A DNA stretch of 64,000 nt from the NCBI GenBank assembly GCA_022340425.1, contig JAJDNY010000172.1, forward strand, positions 1,252-65,251, given 5' to 3'. Position numbers and translations under genes: made by a program. Of this stretch, positions 29,837-37,829 are shown one piece after another. Numbering within the stretch: the stretch's first letter is position 1; every line of letters begins with the position of its first letter. The DNA is from Desulfobacteraceae bacterium (GTDB lineage Bacteria > Desulfobacterota > Desulfobacteria > Desulfobacterales > JAABRJ01). Below the pieces are notes generated by a model. The model was given only the letters and a program-made list of their open reading frames with translations, ran no database searches and was not told the DNA's origin.

Positions 29837-31264
29837 ATGGTGGCGAGCGATTTTTTCATGATCATTCCCGGCTCCGCGTTCTGGTCCGGGATCCTCTGGG
29901 TGCTGCTGGGGCTGGCGGTTCTTTTTTTCGCCCGCGCCCCCGCCCATCAGGCCATTCTCAGCCTCGGGCGGCTGGTATCCGGCGTTTTTCGGATGGCCTC
30001 GCGCAGCGCTGGTCGAACGGCGCTGCGGGTGGCGGCGCGAAACCGTGAAATTCTTCTGACGGCCGGCATCCAAGCCGCCGAGCAGCAGCTGGAAAACGAT
30101 TTCCTGCGTGTGGCGAACCTGGTACGCAGCGATCTCAGCGGCTTCCCCAGTTTGCAGCAGGCCCTTCTGGCGGAGCTGGCGCGCCTGGACAGCTGCTACC
30201 GTGAAAGCGCCGAACTGCCGCCGCCGCCACCCAGCTGGCTGGAAGCGGTGGATGCCGTGGCCCGCATCCCCGCCAGCGGCGACTCCGCCACGACCCGGAT
30301 TCTGGAGGTGATTCACAAGACCACCATCTCCCAGTACCAGGCGGCCATGGCGGAGTACCGCAAAAACATGGGGGGCCGCCACCAGTTGCTCAAGCGCATG
30401 CTGCCCTCGTGGCGCAAGGTTTCCGAGGCCTTGGGCCGCCTGGAGGATAAAATCGTCCGGCTCCAGACCCAATCGCAGCGCGTCGATCAGCGCATGGAGG
30501 AATATGCGGCGCTTCGCTCCGGCACCGACACCGCGCTGCGAGCGCTGGCGGCCTCCACCGTCAGCCGCTTCGTTCTCTCGCTCTTGGCGCTGCTGGTGAT
30601 GGCCGCCGGGGTGATGCTCAACTTCAACCTGATCGCTCTGCCGATGTCTGAGCTGGTGGGGGCCGGAAGCACCATCGGCAACTTCCAGACGGCTGACGTC
30701 ATGGCTCTGGTGCTGATTTTACTGCAGCTGGCGGTGGGGGGCTTTCTGATGGAAGCGCTACGGTTGACGCGCATTTTTCCGGCCCTCGGAAACCTCGAGG
30801 AAAAGACCCGCCGCCGGGTAATCACGGGGCTTCTGGCCCTGCTGCTGCTGCTGGCCGGCGTCGAAGCCAGCCTGGCCTTTTTGCGCGACCGGATTGTCGC
30901 CGATATCGCCGCCCTGAACCAGTCCCTGAACGATCTGGCGGCGGCCCAGCCGGTGGACCCCTGGATACCCGCCGTCGGGTATCTGGTACTGGGGTTTGTT
31001 TTGCCGCTTATCCTGTCGTTTAGCGCCGTTCCGCTGGAGGCCTGGGTGCATGCGGCGCGCACCGTTTTCGCGGCCATACTCCAGGTCCTCTTCCAGGCGG
31101 TCGCGTGGCTGCTGCGGCTGGGGGCGCAGATCATCGGCCTGGCGGCGGATTTGCTGGTCAAACTCTACGATCTCCTGATTTTCCCGGCGCTGTGGCTGGA
31201 TGCCCGAATTCATGCCCGTCGTCCGGCGGCAGACGCACCGGATCTGCCTCAGGAAATCGCGTGA
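29837..31264 (+). CDS. hypothetical polytopic membrane protein with central coiled-coil region
   Basis: RBS GAGGAGG. N-terminal TM helix, a soluble helical segment of about 200 aa, then 4-5 C-terminal TM helices. No family recognised. Confidence 0.6.
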   Translation: MVASDFFMIIPGSAFWSGILWVLLGLAVLFFARAPAHQAILSLGRLVSGVFRMASRSAGRTALRVAARNREILLTAGIQAAEQQLENDFLRVANLVRSDLSGFPSLQQALLAELARLDSCYRESAELPPPPPSWLEAVDAVARIPASGDSATTRILEVIHKTTISQYQAAMAEYRKNMGGRHQLLKRMLPSWRKVSEALGRLEDKIVRLQTQSQRVDQRMEEYAALRSGTDTALRALAASTVSRFVLSLLALLVMAAGVMLNFNLIALPMSELVGAGSTIGNFQTADVMALVLILLQLAVGGFLMEALRLTRIFPALGNLEEKTRRRVITGLLALLLLLAGVEASLAFLRDRIVADIAALNQSLNDLAAAQPVDPWIPAVGYLVLGFVLPLILSFSAVPLEAWVHAARTVFAAILQVLFQAVAWLLRLGAQIIGLAADLLVKLYDLLIFPALWLDARIHARRPAADAPDLPQEIA

Positions 31265-31908
31265 GCCGCAAAGTCGCCTGGCTCTGGCTGGTGCTTGCGG
31301 CGGGGGTGCTGGCGGGCTGCGCCGACAGGACCAGTCAGGTGCGCGCTGTTTTCCTCCTGATCGGCCCGGGGGCTCCGGCGGCGGAGAGCCAGGCCTCTGT
31401 GCGCGCGGTGACCCATGCGCTGCTGGGCCATCTGAGCCCCGGGGATTATTTTGCCGTCGGTCGGGCCGACGCGCCCCACTTCGGTCCCCAAAACATCGTC
31501 GCCCGGGTGCGTCTCAGCCGCCGACCGACGGTCGCCAACGGTCAGAAGCGGCTGCTGCGGCACCAGATCGACAGGCTGCTGGACGCGCCCGGTGGGCCCC
31601 GCGGCGACTTGACCGGCGGGCTGCTGACGGCCGTTGAGTTTCTCAAAAACAGCGCCGCCCCCCGCCGGGTGATTCTGATCGCGGCCGATCTCGGGGCCGC
31701 CGGCGCCGGGGCTGAGGGCGGCGACTTCCCCATCCAGGTGGAAGGCTGCCGGGTGCTGGCCCTGGATGGGGCCCCCCCGACGGCAGCACCCGACGACGAC
31801 CCCCCCGACGACCCGCTGGGTTTTTGGCGGCGGCGCATCGTTTCGGGCGGCGGCAGCTGGCATCCTTTCAGCGACCCGCAGCAGCTGGGCGAACTGCTGG
31901 CCGGCTGA
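31261..31908 (+). CDS. hypothetical lipoprotein (possibly vWA-like fold without MIDAS)
   Basis: GTG start overlaps the upstream stop (GTGA). Lipobox VLAGCAD. The alternating beta/alpha pattern with VILIAADLG resembles vWA, but no DxSxS motif is present. Confidence 0.5.
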   Translation: MSRKVAWLWLVLAAGVLAGCADRTSQVRAVFLLIGPGAPAAESQASVRAVTHALLGHLSPGDYFAVGRADAPHFGPQNIVARVRLSRRPTVANGQKRLLRHQIDRLLDAPGGPRGDLTGGLLTAVEFLKNSAAPRRVILIAADLGAAGAGAEGGDFPIQVEGCRVLALDGAPPTAAPDDDPPDDPLGFWRRRIVSGGGSWHPFSDPQQLGELLAG

Positions 31909-31938
31909 AGCAGCTGCGGCCGGCAGTGTGGACCACCG

Positions 31939-33297
31939 ATGATCGTCCTGATGCGACACAACCTGCTGCTCCAGGACCCCCCCGAGGCCCTGCGCCGGGT
32001 CTTGATGGAACGCCTGACGCTGCTCAACCCCCGCTGGGTCGAGAACCAGCGCATGGGCCGCTACAATTTCAAGACCCCCAAGGAACTCAGGTTTTATGGG
32101 CGCATCCGCAGCGGCGGTTTGGTGATTCCGCGGGGCTATATTCGACAGCTGATCGGCCATTGCCGTGAGTTGGGCGTGGCGCTGAGCCTGGATGACCGCC
32201 GGCGTCGGCTGCCGCCGGTGGCATTTTCGTTTTCGGGCCGGCTCAAGGGCTTTCAGCAGGCCGCGGTGGCGGCGATGCTGGCCAAGGATTTCGGCACCCT
32301 CTGCGCCCCCACCGGCTGTGGCAAGACGGTCATGGCCCTGGAGCTGATCGCCCGCCGCCGGCAGCCGGCGCTGATCGTCGTTCACACCCGGGAGCTGGCC
32401 CTGCAGTGGACCCAGCAGGTGGGGCGTTTTCTGGGGATTGAAGCGGGCCAGGTGGGATTGATCGGGGCCGGCAAAAAAACCATCGGCCCGGCCGTGACCG
32501 TTGCCCTTGTCCAGTCCCTGTGCAAATGCGCCGATGAGGTGGCCCCGCAGGTCGGCTATCTCGTGGTGGACGAATGCCACCGCACCCCCAGCCGCACCTT
32601 CAGCGAGGCGGTCAACCGCTTCGACGCCCACTACATGCTGGGGCTTTCGGCCACTCCCTGGCGCAGGGACCAGCTTTCCCCGCTGATTTTCTGGCACCTG
32701 GGGGACATCCACCACGAAATCGCCAAGGCCGACCTGGTGGCAACCGGGGATGTGCTGGCAGCGGAGGTGGTGGTGCGCGAAACGGCCTTCAGTCCCTATT
32801 TCGATCCCTCCACCGACTACAGCCGGATGCTCTCCGAGCTGACCCGCGATGACGACCGCAACCGCCTGATTGCCGCTGACGTCGCCGGCGAGCTGGCGGC
32901 GCGCCAGGGCGTCTGTTTGGTGCTCTCGGACCGCAAAAAGCACTGTCAAACTCTTCAGTCGCTGCTGCGTTACCGCCACCAGGTGGCGGCCGAAGTGCTG
33001 ACCGGAGACGTGTCCGGCGCCAGCCGGCGGGAGGTCCTGGCACGGCTGGCGGCGGGTCAGGCGCGGGTCCTGATCGCCACCGGGCAGCTGGTGGGGGAGG
33101 GATTTGACCTCCCGAACCTGGCCACCCTGTTTCTGGCGACCCCTGTGCGGTTCAGCGGCCGGGTGGTGCAGTACCTGGGCCGCGTGCTGCGGCCGGCGCC
33201 CGGCAAAACCAGGGCCCGGGTGTTCGACTACGTAGATGCGGCCGTGGCGCCGCTGGTGGCGGCAGCCAGGGCCCGACAGCGGGTTTACCGGGGCTGA
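31939..33297 (+). CDS. SF2 DNA helicase, XPB/ERCC3(Rad25)-like
   Basis: Motif I APTGCGKT, motif II VVDECHR, motif III LGLSAT followed by PWRRD (the position of the XPB RED motif), motif VI QYLGRVLR. 452 aa with an N-terminal extra domain of about 100 aa, like archaeal XPB. Confidence 0.7.
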   Translation: MIVLMRHNLLLQDPPEALRRVLMERLTLLNPRWVENQRMGRYNFKTPKELRFYGRIRSGGLVIPRGYIRQLIGHCRELGVALSLDDRRRRLPPVAFSFSGRLKGFQQAAVAAMLAKDFGTLCAPTGCGKTVMALELIARRRQPALIVVHTRELALQWTQQVGRFLGIEAGQVGLIGAGKKTIGPAVTVALVQSLCKCADEVAPQVGYLVVDECHRTPSRTFSEAVNRFDAHYMLGLSATPWRRDQLSPLIFWHLGDIHHEIAKADLVATGDVLAAEVVVRETAFSPYFDPSTDYSRMLSELTRDDDRNRLIAADVAGELAARQGVCLVLSDRKKHCQTLQSLLRYRHQVAAEVLTGDVSGASRREVLARLAAGQARVLIATGQLVGEGFDLPNLATLFLATPVRFSGRVVQYLGRVLRPAPGKTRARVFDYVDAAVAPLVAAARARQRVYRG

Positions 33298-34037
33298 AGC
33301 GGCAGGGGGGGCGCATCGGGGTGAACGCTGCCGGCGGCGAAGAGCGTCTGCCCGTCGCGGAGCTTGAAGCGCAGCGTGTCGCCGGCCGTCTGGAGTCCGG
33401 CCGTGAGGGAGGTCGTGCCGAGATCGATTTCGTGGTAAAACTGGATGGCCAGCCCGCGGGGGCTGAAGTTCGGGCCCAGCGCCCGGTGCAGCAGGGTCTG
33501 AAGATAGTCGAAGTAAACGGCGTTGTTGACGTGGCCGTTGGGGTCGAAGTCGCTGAAGCGGGTGGTCAGCGGCAGTGTCAGCTCGGGGGCGAAGGCCGAA
33601 TCGGCCTTCCAGTGGTCGAGATCCCGGGCGAAAACGCGGTCGTTCTCTACGGTGTAGGCCGCCGCCATCTCCTCTGAAATCCGGGAGAGTTTTTTCGTGC
33701 CCACCTCGCAGAAGAGCCACAGGCTGGCGGCGGCCGCAACCCGCGTGGGGCCGGCGTAGATTTCGAAATCGCGGTAGGCCCTGAAGTGCTTGGCGCCCCT
33801 GAACCAGGTTAGGACCTCCAGGCGCTCACCGTAAACCGGAACCCGCTGGATGGCCACCGCCAGACGGTTGAGCACCCAGCCCAGGGACCGGCGCTGCAGG
33901 GCATGGATGCCCAAGCCGATCTTTTCGGAGTGAAAAATGGCCGCCTCCTGCAGCAGGTTGACCAGGGCGCCCGGTCTGAGGTTGAAATTCGGATCCACCT
34001 CACCGTAGCCGATTCTTCGGGGATAGATAGCCTTCAT
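33285..34037 (-). CDS. acyl-ACP thioesterase family protein (double hotdog)
   Basis: Internal ATG at 34037 with RBS AAGGAGG. The patterns RIGYGEVDPNFNLRPGALVNLLQEAA and FSDFDPNGHVNNAVYFDY are typical of PF01643-type thioesterases. Confidence 0.7.
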   Translation of the reverse strand: MKAIYPRRIGYGEVDPNFNLRPGALVNLLQEAAIFHSEKIGLGIHALQRRSLGWVLNRLAVAIQRVPVYGERLEVLTWFRGAKHFRAYRDFEIYAGPTRVAAAASLWLFCEVGTKKLSRISEEMAAAYTVENDRVFARDLDHWKADSAFAPELTLPLTTRFSDFDPNGHVNNAVYFDYLQTLLHRALGPNFSPRGLAIQFYHEIDLGTTSLTAGLQTAGDTLRFKLRDGQTLFAAGSVHPDAPPLPLQPR

Positions 34038-34231
34038 GTCGCCTCCTTGGCGTCGATGCCGCCAGCTGGGAGCCGGGATGCCCGGCCTTCCGAGTCTTTG
34101 TAGCGGTTTTTGGCTGCCGCTGGCAATCCTTGATCGTCGGGCGCGGCGGCGGTTGACACGTTGAGGCAAGGGCCTTATTCCTAGCGGTTAAGAAGCGGCA
34201 AGGAAATCAGCATTTGGGATTGGTGGTGTAG

Positions 34232-34272
34232 AAGTCCGACTTCGGCGTTGCGCTGAACTTCGAAGTCGCTGC
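34232..34272 (-). repeat. REP-like intergenic element, copy 2 (inverted relative to copy 1)
   Basis: Reverse complement GCAGCGACTTCGAAGTTCAGCGCAACGCCGAAGTCGGACTT. Contains an internal 8-bp dyad, CGACTTCG/CGAAGTCG. Confidence 0.6.
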
Positions 34273-34322
34273 GGCCGGCGCTATCTTCCAGCCCCCTCAA
34301 CCGTCGCCAAAGGAGGAGTCTC

Positions 34323-34769
34323 ATGGAAATGAAAAAAGTTCTCTGGCCCACCGATTTTTCAGGCCGCTCGGCCCAGGCCCTGCCCTACGTGACCTCCCTG
34401 ACCGAAAAGTACGGGACCGAAATTCACGTGCTCTTCGTGATCGAGGACTTGACCAAACACAAGGGCTGGTACGGCGAGTTTGACCAGGAGCGGGTGGAAA
34501 AGTTGATGAATTGGGAGCAGCAGGCTGCCAAGAAAAAGCTGGATCAGATCTGCCAGAATCACCTTCAGGGCTGCCCGCTCTACATCAAGCATATCGCCGT
34601 GGGGGACCCGGCCGAAGAGATTCTCAAGCTGGTGGAAAAGGAGAAGGTCGACATGGTCGTGATGGCCACCCGCGGCCAGGAGGGCAAATTCAGCTTCGGC
34701 AGCGTGGCCGAGAAGGTCGTCAAAAACTCAACGGTGCCGGTGGTGACCATCCCGCTGGCCGGAAGCTAG
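34323..34769 (+). CDS. universal stress protein (UspA family)
   Basis: KKVLWPTDFS...VDMVVMATRGQ...GSVAEKVVKNSTVPVVTI is the classic Usp pattern. Confidence 0.85.
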   Translation: MEMKKVLWPTDFSGRSAQALPYVTSLTEKYGTEIHVLFVIEDLTKHKGWYGEFDQERVEKLMNWEQQAAKKKLDQICQNHLQGCPLYIKHIAVGDPAEEILKLVEKEKVDMVVMATRGQEGKFSFGSVAEKVVKNSTVPVVTIPLAGS

Positions 34770-34774
34770 CGCCG

Positions 34775-35806
34775 GTGGCAGCCCTCGACCCCCCGTCGGA
34801 AGGTCTCCCGCCCGCACCTGGTTGGACCCCTGGGCGCCTGTTGGAAGTATCGGGCAGCTACTGGCAGACGTGCGCCCTGCACACCGCCGTCAAGCTGGAC
34901 CTCTTCTCGCATCTCGCCCCGGGCTCGCGCTCCGCGGAAGCTCTGGCTCGTGAGCTCGGGGTCGACCCGCGCGCCCTCGAAATGCTGCTAAACGCCGTGG
35001 CCGCCATGGGCCTGCTGGAGAAATCGGCCGGCCGCTTCGGCTGCAGCGGCCCTGCACGCACCTACCTCAGCCGCAGTTCCGAGCACTACTTGGGGCATAT
35101 GCTGCTGCACCACCACCATCTTTTTGACGCCTGGGGGCGGCTGGATGAGGCCGTCCGGACGGGACAGGCCGTCCAGGTACGGGGCGGCGCCGATGAAACG
35201 CTGCGGCGTGAAAGTTTCCTGATGGGGATGTTCAACCTGGCCATGCAACTCGCCCCCAAGGTAGCGGCGGCGGTCGACTTGGCCGGGCGCAGGCACCTGT
35301 TGGACCTGGGCGGCGGGCCCGGTACCTACGCCGTCCATTTCTGCCTTGAAAACCCCGGTCTGCGCGCCACGGTTTTCGATCTGCCCACCAGCCGACCGTT
35401 TGCCGAAAAGACCATCGCCCGCTTCGGCCTGCAGGGGCGGGTGCACTTCGCCCCCGGTGATTTTCACGTGGACCCGGTCCCGCAGCCCTGCGACGTGGTG
35501 TGGCTGTCCCACATCCTGCACGCCGAGGACCCCGCCGCCTGCCGCCGCGTCATCGCCAAGGCCGTGGCGGCCCTGTCCCCGGGTGGCATCGTCCTGGTGC
35601 ACGATTTCTTTCTGACCGACGATCGCGCGCACCCCCTCTTTGCGGCCCTCTTCTCGCTCAACATGCTGTTGGCCACACCCGCCGGGCAGGCCTACAGCGA
35701 GTCCGAAGTCCGCCACATGCTGGCTGAAAACGGGGTCTCGGCCGTCCGGCGGCTGGACCTGAAAACGCCCAACGACTCCGGCGTCCTGATGGGCAGCGTG
35801 CCCTAA
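34775..35806 (+). CDS. class I SAM-dependent O-methyltransferase (dimerisation plus Methyltransf_2 type)
   Basis: SAM motif LLDLGGGPGTYAVHF. The N-terminal winged-helix-like dimerisation region is typical of the family. The start is uncertain: GTG 34775 is chosen, TTG 34841 is possible. The listed ORF start at 34511 lies inside the usp gene. Confidence 0.7.
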   Translation: MAALDPPSEGLPPAPGWTPGRLLEVSGSYWQTCALHTAVKLDLFSHLAPGSRSAEALARELGVDPRALEMLLNAVAAMGLLEKSAGRFGCSGPARTYLSRSSEHYLGHMLLHHHHLFDAWGRLDEAVRTGQAVQVRGGADETLRRESFLMGMFNLAMQLAPKVAAAVDLAGRRHLLDLGGGPGTYAVHFCLENPGLRATVFDLPTSRPFAEKTIARFGLQGRVHFAPGDFHVDPVPQPCDVVWLSHILHAEDPAACRRVIAKAVAALSPGGIVLVHDFFLTDDRAHPLFAALFSLNMLLATPAGQAYSESEVRHMLAENGVSAVRRLDLKTPNDSGVLMGSVP

Positions 35807-35902
35807 CCGCGGGCGCGGTGCGCGCCCGGCAGTGTCAACCGCCCAGGGGGTCAGTCCCGCCCACGAGCGCTTCGGTCGGTGGCGGCCCATGGAGGACATA
35901 AC

Positions 35903-36913
35903 GTGTACATCGCTCAGCAGCGCAAGGGCCGCGAGCTGGAATTTGTCATCCGGGAATCCTACCGGGACGGCGCCTGCTGGAGAAGCCGCGACCTTTTCCC
36001 GCTGGGGAAGGACCCCGGCCGCTTTCTGGTCTACCCCGGGGGCAACAGTTTTTACGTTCACGAGGCGGTAACCGACGTGCTGGCCGAACAAGCGGTTGCG
36101 CCGAGCCTGGATGAAATCGACGATCTTTTCTGGCCCTACCTGCGGCCGGACATACGGCGCGCGCTGGAGTCCTTCCGGCAGAAAGCCAGTGCGCGTGCCG
36201 GGCGGGCGCCCCTGGCGGCCGACGAGGAGCGGCACCTGCGGCAACGGGTGCACCAGTTCGACAAGCGCCGGGTCCACTTCCTGAAATTCGGGCGCCTGGA
36301 TCAGGGCGCCATCGGGCAGATGCCCATCTCCCTTTTTAGATGGATCTACGGCAAATCGCGCGATGAAATCGAGCAGTGCTTTCTCCGGAGCGAGCGCATC
36401 CTCAAGCCCCACGAGCTTCGGACCTATGTCTATGTGATATTCGACCTGCAGCGCTTTTTCACCGAGGCCATCGCCCGGCGGATGCCCCAGGGCCTGGATG
36501 AAGGGCGCCTGGAGGAGCATTTTTTGGCGGAGATCTGCCGCTTGAACCAGGCGGAGGGGTTCTGGGAAGGAGAACTGCCCGACGGCAGCTTGCACGCTTA
36601 CCTGGTGCGCTATGCCGTCATGTTTTTCGATTTCGAGTGGGTGGCGTCACCGTTTCTGCAGGACTACCTGCGTGATTTCATGGACCGCCACCGGGCCTAT
36701 CGACCACCGAGCGTGCCCCAGGCGCGGGTTTCGGCCGAGGAGGCCGGACCGCTTTTCGGGGTCACGGCGGCCGTGCTGCGGGCCATGTCGCGGCGCGAGC
36801 TGACCCGCCTTTTCCGCCAAAAAGCGCGTGAGCACCACCCGGACACCGGGGGACGGGCGGAGACCTTTATCCAGCTGCAGGAGGCCTACCAGTCCCTGGT
36901 GCGGCGCAAGTGA
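35903..36913 (+). CDS. hypothetical protein with C-terminal J domain
   Basis: GTG at 35903 preceded by RBS GGAGGA. The C-terminus LTRLFRQKAREHHPDTGGRAETFIQLQEAYQSLV carries the HPD tripeptide. The N-terminal 280 aa or so are unassigned. Confidence 0.6.
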   Translation: MYIAQQRKGRELEFVIRESYRDGACWRSRDLFPLGKDPGRFLVYPGGNSFYVHEAVTDVLAEQAVAPSLDEIDDLFWPYLRPDIRRALESFRQKASARAGRAPLAADEERHLRQRVHQFDKRRVHFLKFGRLDQGAIGQMPISLFRWIYGKSRDEIEQCFLRSERILKPHELRTYVYVIFDLQRFFTEAIARRMPQGLDEGRLEEHFLAEICRLNQAEGFWEGELPDGSLHAYLVRYAVMFFDFEWVASPFLQDYLRDFMDRHRAYRPPSVPQARVSAEEAGPLFGVTAAVLRAMSRRELTRLFRQKAREHHPDTGGRAETFIQLQEAYQSLVRRK

Positions 36914-36968
36914 ACGGCCGCGGTCCGGGTGGACGCACCGTTTGCCAGCCTCTCATGACCGGGGGCGC

Positions 36969-37829
36969 ATGAGCATCGTTTGGGGGAAACCGCAGGAGAG
37001 ATCGGGCGGCTGGAGGGCTTTGGGGGGCACCCTGCTGTCGGCCGCAGCACTGTGGGCGCTGCTGGCCTGGCCGGCCGCCGGCGGAGAGCAGCCGTTGCCG
37101 TTCCAGCCCGGGGAGCGTCTGCGCTACGTGCTCAAGTGGGAGATGGTGCCCGTCGGCGAAGCGCTGCTGGAAGTGTTGCCGATGAAGGAGATGGCCGGCC
37201 AGATGGTCTTTCATTTTGCGCTGACGGCGACCTCCTACCCGCTCATTGACCCCTTCTTCAAGGTCCGCGACCGGGTCGAATCCTTTGCCGACCGTGGCAT
37301 GACCCGCTCGCTGCACTACCAAAAAGACCAGCACGAGGGCCGCACCCGGCGCCGGGTGGTGGTCCGCTTCGATTGGGAGCGGGGTGAGGCCCGGATGACC
37401 AATTCCGGCCGGCAGCGGGAGCCGATCCCGGTGGCCCCCGGGACATTCGACCCGCTGGCCGCTTTCTATTTTTCCCGCCTTTTCGACCTTGAAACCCATC
37501 GTCTCATCGAGCGGCCGGTCAGCGACGGAAAACGCTGCGTGATCGGCCGGCTGCGGGTGGTCAAACGGGAAACGATCACCGTGGGCAGGCGCGTCCACGA
37601 CACCTTTCTGGTGCTGCCCGAGATGACCCACATTCGGGGCATATTCGAGAAGAGCAAGAATGCCGGCATCGCGCTGTGGGTTTCCGCCGACCACCGCCGC
37701 ATCCCCGTAAGAATCCAGAGCCGGGTGGCCATCGGAAGGTTTGTGGCCGAGCTGGTGAGCGATGCCGCCGAGCCCGGAACAGCCGCGGCGGCGGAAGTCC
37801 CCAGCGCTCAGCTCGCCGGCGTGCCCTGA
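36969..37829 (+). CDS. DUF3108-domain protein, secreted
   Basis: ATG at 36969. Signal peptide. LRYVLKWEMVPVGEALLEV... and DPLAAFYFSR patterns are typical of DUF3108. Confidence 0.6.
   Translation: MSIVWGKPQERSGGWRALGGTLLSAAALWALLAWPAAGGEQPLPFQPGERLRYVLKWEMVPVGEALLEVLPMKEMAGQMVFHFALTATSYPLIDPFFKVRDRVESFADRGMTRSLHYQKDQHEGRTRRRVVVRFDWERGEARMTNSGRQREPIPVAPGTFDPLAAFYFSRLFDLETHRLIERPVSDGKRCVIGRLRVVKRETITVGRRVHDTFLVLPEMTHIRGIFEKSKNAGIALWVSADHRRIPVRIQSRVAIGRFVAELVSDAAEPGTAAAAEVPSAQLAGVP

Noticed and set aside
27380-30472. 1030-aa minus-strand ORF
   Set aside because: It is antisense to the DUF342 and membrane-protein genes. The product has low-complexity G/R/A/P composition, no RBS and no motif. 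It is a GC-driven artefact.
31249-33720. 823-aa minus-strand ORF
   Set aside because: It is antisense to the lipoprotein and helicase genes, which have canonical SF2 motifs on the plus strand. It has the same artefactual composition.
34988-36595. 535-aa minus-strand ORF
   Set aside because: It is antisense to the O-methyltransferase (SAM motif) and the J-domain gene. No recognisable domains.
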